Shown in pieces: positions 1 to 11,753 of a stretch of DNA of 38,758 nucleotides. Made by a program: the position numbers and the translations under genes. Where the stretch lies: the NCBI GenBank assembly GCA_032718475.1, contig JAUCBJ010004671.1:1-38758 (forward strand). The letters run 5' to 3'. How positions within the stretch are numbered: position 1 is the first letter of the stretch; each line of letters begins with the position of its first letter. The stretch comes from Nemertoderma westbladi (taxonomy: Eukaryota > Animalia > Xenacoelomorpha). Below the pieces are notes generated by a model. The model worked only from the letters and a program-made list of their open reading frames with translations, was not told where the DNA came from and ran no database searches.

Positions 1-2
1 TT

Positions 3-617
3 AAAGACACTAACTCGAAACCCACATTTTACCTATCCACTAACCAACAGATGAAGGGCATATTCCAAAATACTGTACGTAGATACTCCAAAAACTACGA
101 TCTTGACATCAACATTAATGTAGTCACGAAGAACCCCACATCACTAGGACAAATACTAACCAAAAATAAAACTCAATCGCAAACACACACAAATAACACC
201 ACTAATGAGCCATGTAACACTAGCCGCTGCCTTACATGCAAAACTATCACTAACATACAACAGACACCATGGGGTGAAAAGATAAAAGGACACTATACAT
301 GTAAGTCCCACACTGTATGTTACTTGGCCTGGTGCCACTGCCACCCTACTCTATACTACATAGGCCAAACGAGACAGAAGCTTCACGAACGCTTTAATGG
401 ACACCGCAACAACATCCGACACTACCCCTCACGAGCCAATGACGGAAAAACACACGAAGACATACTCCTAGCTAGGCACATATACGGTTGTGGTTTAGAA
501 AATCTACGCACCGCAACCATAAAACAATTCACAAACATACCCGAACTACTAGCGACGGAAGCTAACCTAATCTATACATACAACCCCCCACTTAACGTAG
601 CAAGACCAGCAATCTAA
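3..617 (+). CDS. Penelope-like element ORF, C-terminal GIY-YIG endonuclease (5' part outside window)
   Basis: The frame is open from the window edge. It shows CNTSRCLTC, then YTCKSHTVCYLAWC..YYIGQT..LHERFNGH, ARH, and E..LI....PPLN, which is the Cys/His-rich GIY-YIG layout of Penelope-like elements. Confidence 0.9.
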   Translation, partial: KDTNSKPTFYLSTNQQMKGIFQNTVRRYSKNYDLDININVVTKNPTSLGQILTKNKTQSQTHTNNTTNEPCNTSRCLTCKTITNIQQTPWGEKIKGHYTCKSHTVCYLAWCHCHPTLYYIGQTRQKLHERFNGHRNNIRHYPSRANDGKTHEDILLARHIYGCGLENLRTATIKQFTNIPELLATEANLIYTYNPPLNVARPAI

Positions 618-1127
618 ACCCAACGTTTTATATAATACACCCTATATTCTATACCTTACACAACCACAGTGCCCTCTATAGCGAATTTCAGGGGTTTTTA
701 TGTGCTTTTCCCCTACCTTCCTTTTTGTTTTTGTCTTGGTTTTTCTGTTTCTTGTGATTTCTTACTCTGTAAAAATTACAGCTATCATTTTGTTGCATTC
801 TACCTAACCATGCGCTTTAAGTAGATACCTCATAATCCTATGTAACCTACCTAATCCAATTATACCATTCAGTATGTAGACACATGACCACTCCTGGGAT
901 TTCCCTATCAACTTCTCCCAACCTTATAACCCAACCTGCAACCCTATATTTGTACTTTAGATTGACAGCTTACAACTAACTCGGTGTACTTTCCCTATCA
1001 CAATTACCTTACGTTATACAGTACATACATATACGTTAACCTTTCTGGGATTCACCTATCAGGTATTCCCCTTTAAAACTTATATATATATATATATAGA
1101 CCCCCACCTTTTCCTGTTAGTTGCCAG

Positions 1128-1174
1128 TACATAGTCTGATGCAGACCGGTAGGTCGAAAACGTTTACTATTGTA
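1128..1174 (+). ncRNA. Minimal type I hammerhead ribozyme (variant core)
   Basis: TACATAGT-CTGATGCA-GACC-GGTA-GGTC-GAA-AACGTT-T-ACTATTGTA. Stem I is ATAGT/ACTAT, stem II is GACC/GGTC with a GGUA loop, and stem III is the palindrome AACGTT. It lies in a PLE 3' region, where such ribozymes are known. Confidence 0.8.
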
Positions 1175-1277
1175 TCTTTATCTAATATAATATAACCAGC
1201 TAAAGACCCTCAATACTTTATTTTTTCTATCATCTTTACACTATGCTGCCGCTGGTGAATGCCTACCACTTCATCCG

Positions 1278-3458
1278 TTAGTTTTTTTAAAAATATCCCG
1301 TGGTCTAAAGTGTCAAATGCCTTCTTCAAGGCAATATAAATTATACAACCAGTATTCTGTGAGTCTAGCTAGTGCTTCTTGTAGGCGTTCTGTTATTGTT
1401 AATATGGCATCTGTCGTAGTTAATTTTTTTCTAAATCCGTATTGAGAGTCGCATAATATAGAGTATTTGTTTAGGTAGCTCAGTAATTGTGTATTAATTA
1501 TCCGTTCGTATAATTTACTAAATAATGGTAGAATAGATATGGGACGGTAATTATTTTTCTCCAGATCTCCAGTTTTGTAAATGGGTGTAATTTTCGCACG
1601 TTTTAATATTTTGGGGAAGAAGCCATGTATTGATAAATTAATTAAATATTTTAAATGGGGAGCTAGATCGTAAGCGGCTATTTTAATTAATTTAATTGGA
1701 AATTTGTCATTGGTGGCACAGTTGTTGTCTAAGTATAATATATTATATATTACTTCCGTTTCAGTAGTTTCAGATAAGTAGAATGAATTTGCTTTGCGGT
1801 GCGTTATAAAACGAGTTGGATTTCTATAACTTTTTGGAATATTTTCAGATAATTTTGAACCTACGTTGGCAAAGTGTTCGTTAAATATATTAGCAATTTC
1901 GTTGGAATTAGTTACTTCTTGTGTACCTTTTGATGTAGTGATTATTAATTTTTTGGGTGCATTTAGATTTTTTCGCTTATTTATTGCTTGATTAATGGTT
2001 TCCCATGTTTTTTTCATGTTATATTTATACTTTTCAAATTTTGATGCATAATATTGTTTTTCAGCTGATCTAAGGATTTTTGTCAATTGATTACGGTATG
2101 TTTTTTATATTGTTGTTGATTTTGTAGTGTAGGATTCTTAGATTGAGTGGCGTAAAGTTTATTATTTTTTATTGTAGATTTTACAAGTGCCGGTGTCATC
2201 CAGGGTTTCCGAGGAATCTCATTCTTTATTAAGTTTTTTTGGTAGGTGTTTATTTGTAATAAGCTCTAGATCATTGTAGAAATTTTCAAATTTCACCTCT
2301 AGTGGGACTGAGTGGTCTTTGTATGTCCAGTTCAGATTTTTTTGTAAGTCAGAAAGAAATCTGGGTTGGTTAAATTTAGAGTAGTCATAAATATAAGTTG
2401 TCTGTGGGGGTGTAAAGTAGCACGAATAGTTCTGTATTATAATGAATGTTGCTCAGTGATCGGTTGTTCCTAATTGGCCATTGAAAACTCCAGATGAAAT
2501 TAATTTGTTAGAAATGTTTGTTGATACGTGGTCAGATATAGTTCTAGAATGTGGTGTAATTCGTGTTGGTTTATCGATTAATTGTTCAAGGCCGTTGGAT
2601 TCAAGTATTTGTATGTAATTATTGGATGGGTTTGATGGCTTCAACAAATCTATATTATAGTCCCCTGTTAGTACTATGTCTGTTGAGTCATTGGTCAATG
2701 TAGATAGTAGTGTATTTAGGTTTATATTAAAATCAGTTATATTGCAAGTGTCGGATCTGTATATTGTACCTACAATAAGTGGTTTAATTGGTTAATTTTT
2801 GCTTTTTTTCCTCATGATGGTAGCCCATGTAGACTCGCAGTTTGGTAATATTAAATCTTTTCTTTCAGATACAGTTAATTCGTTTTTTATATAAATAGCT
2901 GTGCCTCCGCGGTTTCTTTTCCCGTATGCTCAGTTGGTAGTTAGGGGCCGTGAGTAACCTGGTATTTGTAAGTAATCTAGGTCAGAATCATCAGTGAGGA
3001 ATGTTTCAGTGAATGTTAGTATGTCAAATTGGGTGTTAAGTGAAGATAGGTAGTCAATAATAGCGGAAAAGTTTAATTTTAGGCTCCTACAGTTTATATT
3101 AAAAATGGATAAGTTGTTGTTATTTATATTATTAAATGTATTATTAAATTTAAGTTCATCGTAGTATTGACAATTTGAGATGTTATTTTTTAAATTTGTA
3201 TCTGGATCAATATAGTTAAAAGTGCTATTATAATCACTATAATTTTCAGGTAATAGAATATCATCTTCAGCATCATCATCAAAGAAGAATATGTCATTAT
3301 CATCAGTTGAAACATCAGTAAATGGAAATATTTTTATATAACAGTGTATGCAATAAATATCATTTTCAAAATTTTCTATATCTTGTGTGTCCACACATGT
3401 ACCACATTGAAAATGATAAGTGCACTTGCAGATAGAACAATTTAGCAATGTATTATTG
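1278..3458 (-). mobile_element. CR1/L2-group LINE, degenerate ORF2 (PHD-like finger, APE endonuclease, N-terminal RT), truncated at both ends
   Basis: PHD-like CSIC..YHFQC..YCIHC; APE motifs NINCRSL, LTFTETFL, GDYNIDLL, TDH; RT motifs KITPIYKTGD, NYRPISILPLFSKLYE, QYGFR and frameshifted LKKAFDTLDH. Several stops and frameshifts. Confidence 0.9.
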
Positions 3459-3476
3459 TTAAACACTCTAGCTACT

Positions 3477-3825
3477 AATTTAGGTAGGACAGTTACACCC
3501 ATAGAGAATTGCGACCGGTATATTTATAATTTATGATTGGTGTTATGGGTGAATGAGTGGTTTTATATTATTATAATATTTTGTTGGGCACAGATTTTGC
3601 AAAGTCGGCAATGACGTCCATGTGGGATCGAACTGGTGACCTCCGAGTTGGAAGTCTGACGCTCTAACCATTCAGCTAGAGGCTCAGGTAAAATATAGAG
3701 CTGGAAATACTATCTGATACCTTGTATCCACTGTATCGAAACCACTCATTCACCCATAACACCAATAATAAATTATAAATATACTGGTCGCAATTCTCTA
3801 TGGGTGTAACTGTCCTACCTAAATT
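3477..3825. mobile_element. Non-autonomous element: 87-bp inverted repeats enclosing a tRNA-like sequence (copy A)
   Basis: Arm 3477-3563 is the near-perfect reverse complement of 3739-3825. The internal minus-strand segment 3613-3685 has an A box (TAGCTGAATGG), a B box (AGTTCGATCC) and a CTTCCAA anticodon-like loop. Confidence 0.8.
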
Positions 3826-4983
3826 TGTTAGTAATAGTACCCAGTACTAACATATATTAAAAAAGTATAATTAAATGTTAAAATTAATAAATTATGTTAT
3901 AAATAAGTTAGCTTATATTTATGGTGGTGTTTGGCGCCATGTTAATAATATAGCTACTGGTCATTAATAGCTATACCCCGTCTACTAGTAGCTAATGCAG
4001 TAGGCCTATCTGGCTGTCAGGCAAATTTCCACCTATTGTTTACATGGTAACCTAAACTGGTTTGGCGTGTGGTCCACTCTAGTCCACCCGGTTCAATTTC
4101 TATTTCCACAGATTGTTTGCAGAAAGAAACCGTTACATTCTTTCACCCATAATGGTACCGGTCTGTAGCACCACCCTCTGTCTGTACTCCTTATTAGTTT
4201 TTGACAGACAAACGGATAAACAGATAGACAAATTTACTATTAAATTACTGGGAGCAAAACTTGGTATATGAGTACCGCCCAACCTTACCTTCCGGTAGCA
4301 GCCTCAGTGTTGCCTCCAACAATGGCCGGCTGTGTGCCAAAATGGAGGGGAAAGGCTCCATTTTGTCAATGGCAATAGGCTAAAAAGAATTGCACTCTAT
4401 ATAAGGGAACGGCTACTATGGGAACAGTACTCTATGATGTCATATCAAAAAATTCCAGAAATTCAGTGCCGTTGCTATGGATGCAATAACAAAAAAATGT
4501 AAAACGACTGACATCATTTAAATGAATCTAGTACTATGGGTGAGGTTTATCTATACATTTTTTCTGAAGTTAATAATATGACGTCAGTTTGTGGTAGAGT
4601 ATCATTAAATTATTACAAACATTTATTTACCGGAATGACTGCAACTTATCAGTAGATCTGCTATACAATTATATACAGTATAGTATAATGGGGTTGTCCT
4701 CCTCTCTAATTAATACCACATAGTTCCGAGTTAACCGATTTTATTACAATTGTTTATGTGATGAAGGGGCGCTGAGGATGTTATCCAAATAAAAATCGAT
4801 AACCAAAAATTCTAAATATTGCAGCTTCTGAAGGACCAGCCCTAATACTTTTCTTCCTAAATTTCAAGGATTTCATTAAGAAATGGCCGTATTCACAGAA
4901 CCAAAAATAACAACCTGCCTGTTGTTATGGTAACAGAAAATATTGTATTTATTTAAATCAGAAAATTTGCATTTATTATACAG

Positions 4984-5640
4984 GCGAATGGCAAATAGAA
5001 GCACACTGGCCATTAACAATAGAACACGGGGGGAACGATGTGGTGGGAAATCAAAGTGGAAGTATCAAAAGAAGTCCATCATTCGGACCAGGACCATCAG
5101 GAGTCGATAACCAAGCAATGAATTTCCATAACGGATATGTTTCAGTTCAACACGGTGTAGAGTTACTAACAGAGACGTTTACTCTGGTAGCTTTTGTGAA
5201 ACCTATTGGAATCGGTCCAATATTTGAATATGGGAATGTAGCTGCCATTGGCTCACACTTTTGGTTATCTCCTAATAGTAATACCCTGTACTATGATGCC
5301 CGTAATGGAATATCACCGGTATTTACCATGCCAGATGCTACAGAAATTAATGAATGGTATATGGTGGTTGTAGGAGTCAATGCAATAAACAAAAAGGTGA
5401 TGTTCTACAGTCGGAAAGTAGGAAATGTTGAACATCAGAAGATGGAGTTTGATACACCATCAACAGCAAGAGGAACAGCAGATACTAAGAACACGCTGAA
5501 TATTGGGAAACGGGAAATGGATGGGATTGCCTTTAAAGGATATATTGCCCAAGCTCACTATTACAGTTGTTATTTATCAGAAGTAAATATGAGTAGCATT
5601 TTTAATGAAATCTCCCAAATCGGCAACAGATCTGAAAGAG
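4984..5640 (+). CDS. LamG/concanavalin A-like (pentraxin-fold) domain exon 1 of a multi-domain gene
   Basis: Acceptor tttattatacAG (4983), donor G|GTTAGT (5641), 657 nt, phase 1-1, open frame. Motifs HWPL, GP.G..A..F, FTLVAFVKP, GPIFEY, NEWYMV, LNIG, FKGYIAQ. Confidence 0.85.
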
Positions 5641-6469
5641 GTTAGTTATTCCCATATTATATACCTGATGATACAGATGTCCAAACATGTACAGACACAA
5701 ACATGCACTGTACATGCTGTCTCGACGTAGTACTATTAGTATTATTGATGATGTATTCTAGGGGTTTAATAGAAAAACTTTTATTAATTCAATATAATTA
5801 ATTACGATTAATAATACATTAATCCGCCAACATTACAAGTATGCATTGGTGGTTGGGCATATGTAACCATTGCTACAGTTCTGATCAGTTATAAAAAATT
5901 TTGCATTATCATCAAGATGTTACTGATGTTGACAATATTTAATTCATTAAATTCATACCATGAACCTCGCAGAGCATCTTGGTGAACACTGAACATCCTG
6001 GTCATATCTGTTAAATTATCCAGCAGTGGTTACTATAACTCAACACAGGTTCTACAACTGCTTGCAAAAAATTTACCTTTAGAATGTGTGATTTCGGGCA
6101 ATGAGATCTGCAGGTGATCTCCGAATCCAGGTAGTGGTGTAGCAAAAATATTGTTTCTACTTTGCAAAAAAGGCCATACAACGACTAATGGTACCAATGT
6201 TTCTTACATTAATGCCAGATCATCACTAAAAAGTGGGGGTCTGTCATATTGGTGGTTTTATCTACTTCTACTACCACTACACTCAAAAAATTGTTCGAAT
6301 TTTAAATATATTCCGATTATATGTATAAATTAGTGATGGCATGACATCAATGTTCTAAAAATTAAATTTCATTTCGAATTCTCAACTAACACCCTAGATC
6401 TTTACTATAAAGATGGCTACCGAGAAATGTAATGATTGTAAAATTGAAAAATGTAAGCTGCAATGTATG

Positions 6470-8700
6470 CTATAGTGGACCCGGATAGTACGTCCCAGAT
6501 AGACTAGATTCTGTTTTGTAGGAAATACAGGAGCTCTATACAAGACTGTAATGCTTTTACACTTCGACCCTTCTCCAGTGATCACCACCTTATTGTGGCC
6601 AAGGTAAGACTTAGTCTGCATGCTAGCAGAACAACAAAATGTGCCTTGCTGCAAGACTGGTCCTCTCTATTGCAACAGCCAAGTGTGAGATCCAGCTTCA
6701 CACTACAGCTGAGCAACAGGTATTGTGTTTTTGCCTCTGAGGCAGCGGATCACTGCGAGGGCTATACTGCCTTTAGCAGTAACAGTTCCTCTATACCCTC
6801 GATACAGGAAAAAGGCCCCCTGGACTGATCACAAAATTCATAAGTGCCAAAATGACCTCTATAAGGCGCAGAATGAGTCTCAACTCAAACAAACTACAGC
6901 AGCCAAGAATGCAGTTAAGGCTGCATCTAGGTCCCTGAACAGGCAGTACTCTGTTAATCTACAGGAGCTAATAAACCAACAGCTTGATGCCATTACTGAT
7001 GCCGCCGACAGCAGGCAATCATCCCAGGCATGGAAATCGATCAATTTGCTTACTGGGCAGTAAAGCCAACAAACCACCATGGTTAAGGCAGAATCACCAG
7101 CTGATCACCACAATGGTTGGAAGGCCCACTTTGAAATGCTCCTCAATAATGACAGGGTATTGCCCGATAACTTTATAGAAGTAAAATTGTCTGAGTCTGT
7201 ACTCCCAGATATTCCCATTGGCAATATCTCCTTTGTGGAAGTGAAGGCTGCTGCAAAGAGCATTAAGACCAATTGCGCCAGTGGAGTAGATGGTGTTCCC
7301 CCTGAGGTCTTTAAAATGGTATTTAAAGGTCATATATCCCATCATCATAGACATATACAGAAGAACAAGAGTCCCAGAAGAAATGAAAACAAATAAGTTG
7401 GTGCCAGTTCCCAAGAAGAACAACCCCTGGGTTCCATAGAATGGGTTCCATAAAGGTCATGGAACCATGGAACCAATTTTGGCACTTAGTATGATAATTG
7501 AAGACTAAGAGTTATCAATAAAAGAAAGACATCTGGCTGTTAACTTTGTTGACTTCTTTAAGGCCATTTATTCAATCTCTCACTCATGCATGTTCAGCAT
7601 ACTTTTATTATATGGGATTCCTGATGAAATTATAGCAGCAATCAGATCAGTATACTATGTTTCGACAACATTTGTGTCTACTGTTGCTGGTGACACAGAA
7701 CCATTTGAAGTATTATGGGGAGTCCCCCAGGGAGACATACTTGCACCATTCTTGTTCATTATTGTGGTTGACTATGTTCTACACATTTCCTTAGATCATC
7801 ATAATGATGATGGGGGTGATGGTAACCCAACCTACCTGCTCTGGAAGTCGAGGAAATCCTACCAAGTACCTAACTGATCTAGACTTGCTGATGACTTAGG
7901 AGTACTCTCAGAATCACTAGAGGGAGCCCAACGGCTTCTCAGCTCATTGGAACAGGCTGCTTCTAGTGTTGGTCTTTTTATTAACTCCAAAAAGACCAAA
8001 TTTTTGACAGTTAACTTTGAAAGTCCTCAGCAAGTCACTGACTGGATGAGCGTAAGCTCAAAGGATTGTATGCTTGAGCATGTGGATGACTTATGTTACC
8101 TGGGATCATGGATCTGGATGTCAGTTGAGGACCTTCAAATACGTAAGGGAAAGGGATGGGCAGCCTTGAATAGTCTTTCCAAGATTTGGAAGTCACCTTA
8201 AATTAATCGGAAACTTAAGGTCCGATTATTTAGAGCAGCAGTAGTTCCAGTACTCCTCTATGGGAGTCCATGATGGGGTCTAACTGCTGAGGACGCCAAA
8301 CCTCTGGATGGCACATTCATAAAAATGATACGCTGGGTTCACTGTGTCAAGTACAATGCACGCATCACCAACCAGACACTATATAACATTGGAGGTGTCT
8401 CATTGGTTCCCCCAAGCTTGACATTAGAACAAAGCTGCCTCCGCTTTGCAGGACATTGCTTTCGCCATGAGGACCAGCCAGTTCTTGTGCTTTGGCAGCC
8501 TCATGGAGTGAATACGCATGGTGGACAGCCCATGACATTCTTGAGAAGCATCTTAAAGGACACTGGCCTTGAAGATGCGGATGATCTAGCAAATGTCATG
8601 GGTGATATGGAGTTGTGGCAGCGCAATTTTTTCGACAACCCAGCACAGAATTCTTAAAAATGCAGCTGCAATGCAGCATGCCGATCCTGGTAGTAGTAGC
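6470..8700 (+). mobile_element. RTE-clade LINE (family A), 5'-truncated, degenerate
   Basis: APE end (SQID.IL, SDHHLIVAK), RT motifs (ASGVDGVPPE, LVPVPKK, GVPQGDILAPFLF, D..ADDL, YLGSWI) and C-terminal LRFAGHC. It ends in GCTGCAATGCAGC..GATCC plus (TAG)n. Confidence 0.9.
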
Positions 8701-8729
8701 TAATTATTTTGAAGTAATTGTTATTTTCT

Positions 8730-8885
8730 TGAGCAACAAGTTTCTGTGTGTGAGGGGGTCCAGCAACAAGTTGTTGAAACAAATTTTGGAAACTAGTTTG
8801 GAAACAAGTTGCAGAAACAAGTTGCAGCACCTTGTTTCTTTGTGTGAGGGGGTCCAGCAACAAGTTGAAGAAACAAGTTGCTCCG
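8730..8885. repeat. Short repeat cluster (AACAAGTTG units; 26-bp direct repeat)
   Basis: Multiple (G/C)AACAAGTT motifs and TGTGTGAGGGGGTCCAGCAACAAGTTG at ~8747 and ~8841. Confidence 0.65.
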
Positions 8886-9284
8886 TGTGAGGGCCTTACT
8901 GTATCATCATTGAAAATCTTGGCGGCGAGTTTTCTCAGGAAGACATAAAAATACAAATTAAAACGTTGAAAAAGTGGAAAATCACTGGCTCGGGAGGTGG
9001 TGGTAAAGAACTATAAAGTGAGATTGACGGGGACTTTTGTAACATCCATTTTAGTCACCGATTTCGGGGAACATTGGTAGACAATAATACACCACAAGCT
9101 CCTAATGCAACTAAGGAATTGCTCACCCAAAGTGATGTTAATAATTTTCTAGTCATTCAGGTTAGCTTGGACAGTGGAAATGAGGTCCTTCCATTCCCAT
9201 CCATAGTAGTTCCAATTACATTTCTCCCAAGTCCACATGTACCCCTTTCTAGCTGAACAAAACCATAATATTACATTATATATC

Positions 9285-9920
9285 AGCAATCTTGTGAACA
9301 TCACCTAGTTTGGGATGGTTGCCAGAAAATTATGTGGTCTTTACATTCGTATTTACTTCTCCAAGAATCGCCCACTGAATCGTAGTTTGTTCACATAGTT
9401 CATATAATATCGTAACATATATATTATATAGTAACGTTCCAGATCTAAATAATTATGTTTTTTCAAATCACACTACTTGTTCTTTTCATATAGTATTGTC
9501 TCCAGTTGATGTGTAGTGCTGCACTCTGTAGTCTTGTGTAACAACCATCGATACGTGATATTCAAGAGGAAGTCTGATTACCAGGTGGTACTCATTCTTT
9601 GATAGAGCCATCGATTCCTTTACCTAAGGTGTTGCTGGAAGTCGTATATTTACTTTAGTTGAATATTATCGATGGTCGTCAGACTTCCATTAACATTGAA
9701 AATCAATAAAATCATGAATCCGGTATTGGCAGCATTTAAATGCAATCCAATCTCCTTAGCCAGCCTTCCACTTTGTGCATCAGTTACCATATTAGAAAAC
9801 TGCAGATAACAAAATATCATCTGCATAGTCGATATCTATGACTATATGAGCAGGATATAGGTGTTTCTACATTCTTGAAGAGTAAATCCAATATCTTCAC
9901 AAGTTCAAGTGTCTGTGTAC
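9285..9920 (-). mobile_element. Old RTE-clade LINE fragment (related to 24565-25386)
   Basis: The minus strand reads DIDYADD (~9815-9835), AKEIGLHLN, IDGCYTRL, LRFSG and WQP, and is heavily decayed. Confidence 0.75.
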
Positions 9921-10033
9921 TCATTGTGTCTCTCCAACAGTAAAACTAGTAAACTTAATTATGTGATTATATTTTATAATCAATATTATTGTATTTTACT
10001 TTTTGCTTATAATCTGCTATTTTTTATTTACAG

Positions 10034-10696
10034 GTCAATATCAAGTAGTATCTCAATGGCCATTAAACATAAGATATGGAGGGAAAGACCAGAGGGGAAA
10101 ACAAAATGGGACCATCAAAGGAAGTCCATCATTAGTTCCAGGGCCATCAGGAGTTGATAACCAGGCAATGAATTTCCATAGTGGATATGTTTCAGTTCAA
10201 CATGGTATAGAATTACTATCAGAAACATTTACTATGGTAGCTTTTGTAAAACCTATGGTTAATATATATGGTCCTATATTTGAATATGGAAATAAAGTTT
10301 CCATTGGGTCACACTTTTGGTTATTTCCTGATAGTAATACGTTGTTCTATGATGCCCTTAATGGCATATCACCTGTATTTACCATGCCAGATCCTACAGA
10401 AATTAATGAATGGTATATGGTGGTTGTAGGAGTCAATGCAATAAACAAAAAGGTGATGTTGTACAGTCGGAAAGTTGGAAATGTTGACCATCAAAAGCTG
10501 GAGTTTGACACACCATCAACAGCAAGAGGTACAGCAGATACTAATAAGACTCTCTTGATAGGAAGACGAGAAACTGATGGAACTGCTTTTAAAGGTTATA
10601 TTGCTCAAGCTTGCTTTTACAGTTGTTTTCTATCTGAAGCAAATTTGAGTAGCGTTTTTGATGAAAATTTACAACTTGAAAACATAAATGAAACCG
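10034..10696 (+). CDS. LamG/ConA-like domain exon 2
   Basis: Acceptor tttttatttacAG (10033), donor G|GTTAGT (10697), 663 nt, phase 1-1, open frame, homologous to the other three exons. Confidence 0.85.
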
Positions 10697-10899
10697 GTTA
10701 GTTCTTTCCATATGCTAAACTTTCTGTATTATAGGGATTTATTACAATTATTATATTTATTTCAATTTTAACTCATCAAAAGTTGGGATATTAAGTAAAT
10801 AATTAAATTAATAGCATAATAATACCATAGCATAGAGCATATAATAGCATAATGTAATTCAAGTAGTTAATGTTAATGCACTATTACAATAACTGAGAC

Positions 10900-11025
10900 C
10901 ACCTCTGGTTTATTTAGCAAAAAAACCCTTGTATAACAACCCCGGCATTCGCCTCGTTAGTTATACAGTTTATTTTGCTTCAGGTGAATTATTCATATAT
11001 CCACCTCTAAAACATTTAATAATAT
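10900..11025. repeat. Imperfect palindromic element, Crypton-like non-autonomous hairpin
   Basis: AGCAAAA..TGTATAAC..CCCGGCATTCGCCTCG..GTTATACA..TTTTGCT; same layout as the 24351-24483 hairpin. Confidence 0.5.
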
Positions 11026-11104
11026 CAGTTAATGTTTTGGTATTTCGAGCAGAAATTTAAATAAGCCCAGTTTTTCATCCAATGGGGAGAAAAATTAATA
11101 CTAC

Positions 11105-11303
11105 AGTTTATGATTGGTGTTATGGTGAATGAGTGGTTTTATATTATTATAATATTTTGTTGGGCACAGCTTTTGCAAAGTCGGCAATGACGTCCAGGTG
11201 GGATCGAACTGGTGACCTCCGAGTTGGAAGTCTGACGCTCTAACCATTCAGCCAGCGGCTCAGGTAAAAGATAGACCTGGAAATACTATCTGATACCTTG
11301 TAT
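11105..11303. mobile_element. Partial tandem copy of the tRNA-in-inverted-repeat element
   Basis: Part of the left arm plus the tRNA-like segment (11189-11261, minus strand), near-identical to the adjacent full copy. Confidence 0.85.
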
Positions 11304-11404
11304 GTCCGCAATTTACCTCCTCATGGCCTCCCAACTGTCAATACCATCATATGCTGCCACTGTGCTCAACCCTACCATACTTGTAATTAAACACTCTAGC
11401 TAAT

Positions 11405-11753
11405 AATTTAGGTAGGACAGTTACACCCATAGAGAATTGCGACCGGTATATTTATAGTTTATGATTGGTGTTATGGGTGAATGAGTGGTATTATATTATT
11501 ATAATATTTTGTTGGGCACAGCTTTTGCAAAGTCGGCAATGACGTCCAGGTGGGATCGAACTGGTGACCTCCGAGTTGGAAGTCTGACGCTCTAACCATT
11601 CAGCTAGCGGCTCAGGTAAAAGATAGAGCTGGAAATACTATCTGATACCTTGTATCCACTGTATCGAAACCACTCATTCACCCATAACACCAATCATAAA
11701 CTATAAATATACCGGTCGCAATTCTCTATGGGTGTAACTGTCCTACCTAAATT
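11405..11753. mobile_element. Non-autonomous element: 87-bp inverted repeats enclosing a tRNA-like sequence (copy B)
   Basis: Arms ~11405-11491 and 11667-11753; tRNA-like segment 11541-11613 on the minus strand. Confidence 0.8.

Larger units (their letters stand above)
1..1275 (+). mobile_element. Penelope-like retroelement 3' end / pseudo-LTR
   Basis: The GIY-YIG ORF is followed by a non-coding region with short direct repeats (CTGGGATTTCCCTATCA ~894, CTGGGATTCACCTATCA ~1045), a (TA)n run and a hammerhead motif. It abuts the truncated LINE at ~1278. The right boundary is approximate. Confidence 0.75.
3459..6130 (+). repeat. Segmental duplication copy A (paralogous to 11387-15634)
   Basis: Near-identical and colinear with copy B, including a LamG exon. 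Copy A lacks the blocks corresponding to ~11985-12735 and ~12915-13735. Confidence 0.95.

Noticed and set aside
3613-3685. Functional tRNA-Gly(TCC) gene (also 11189-11261 and 11541-11613)
   Set aside because: The acceptor, anticodon and T stems pair poorly, so it is treated as tRNA-derived repeat sequence.
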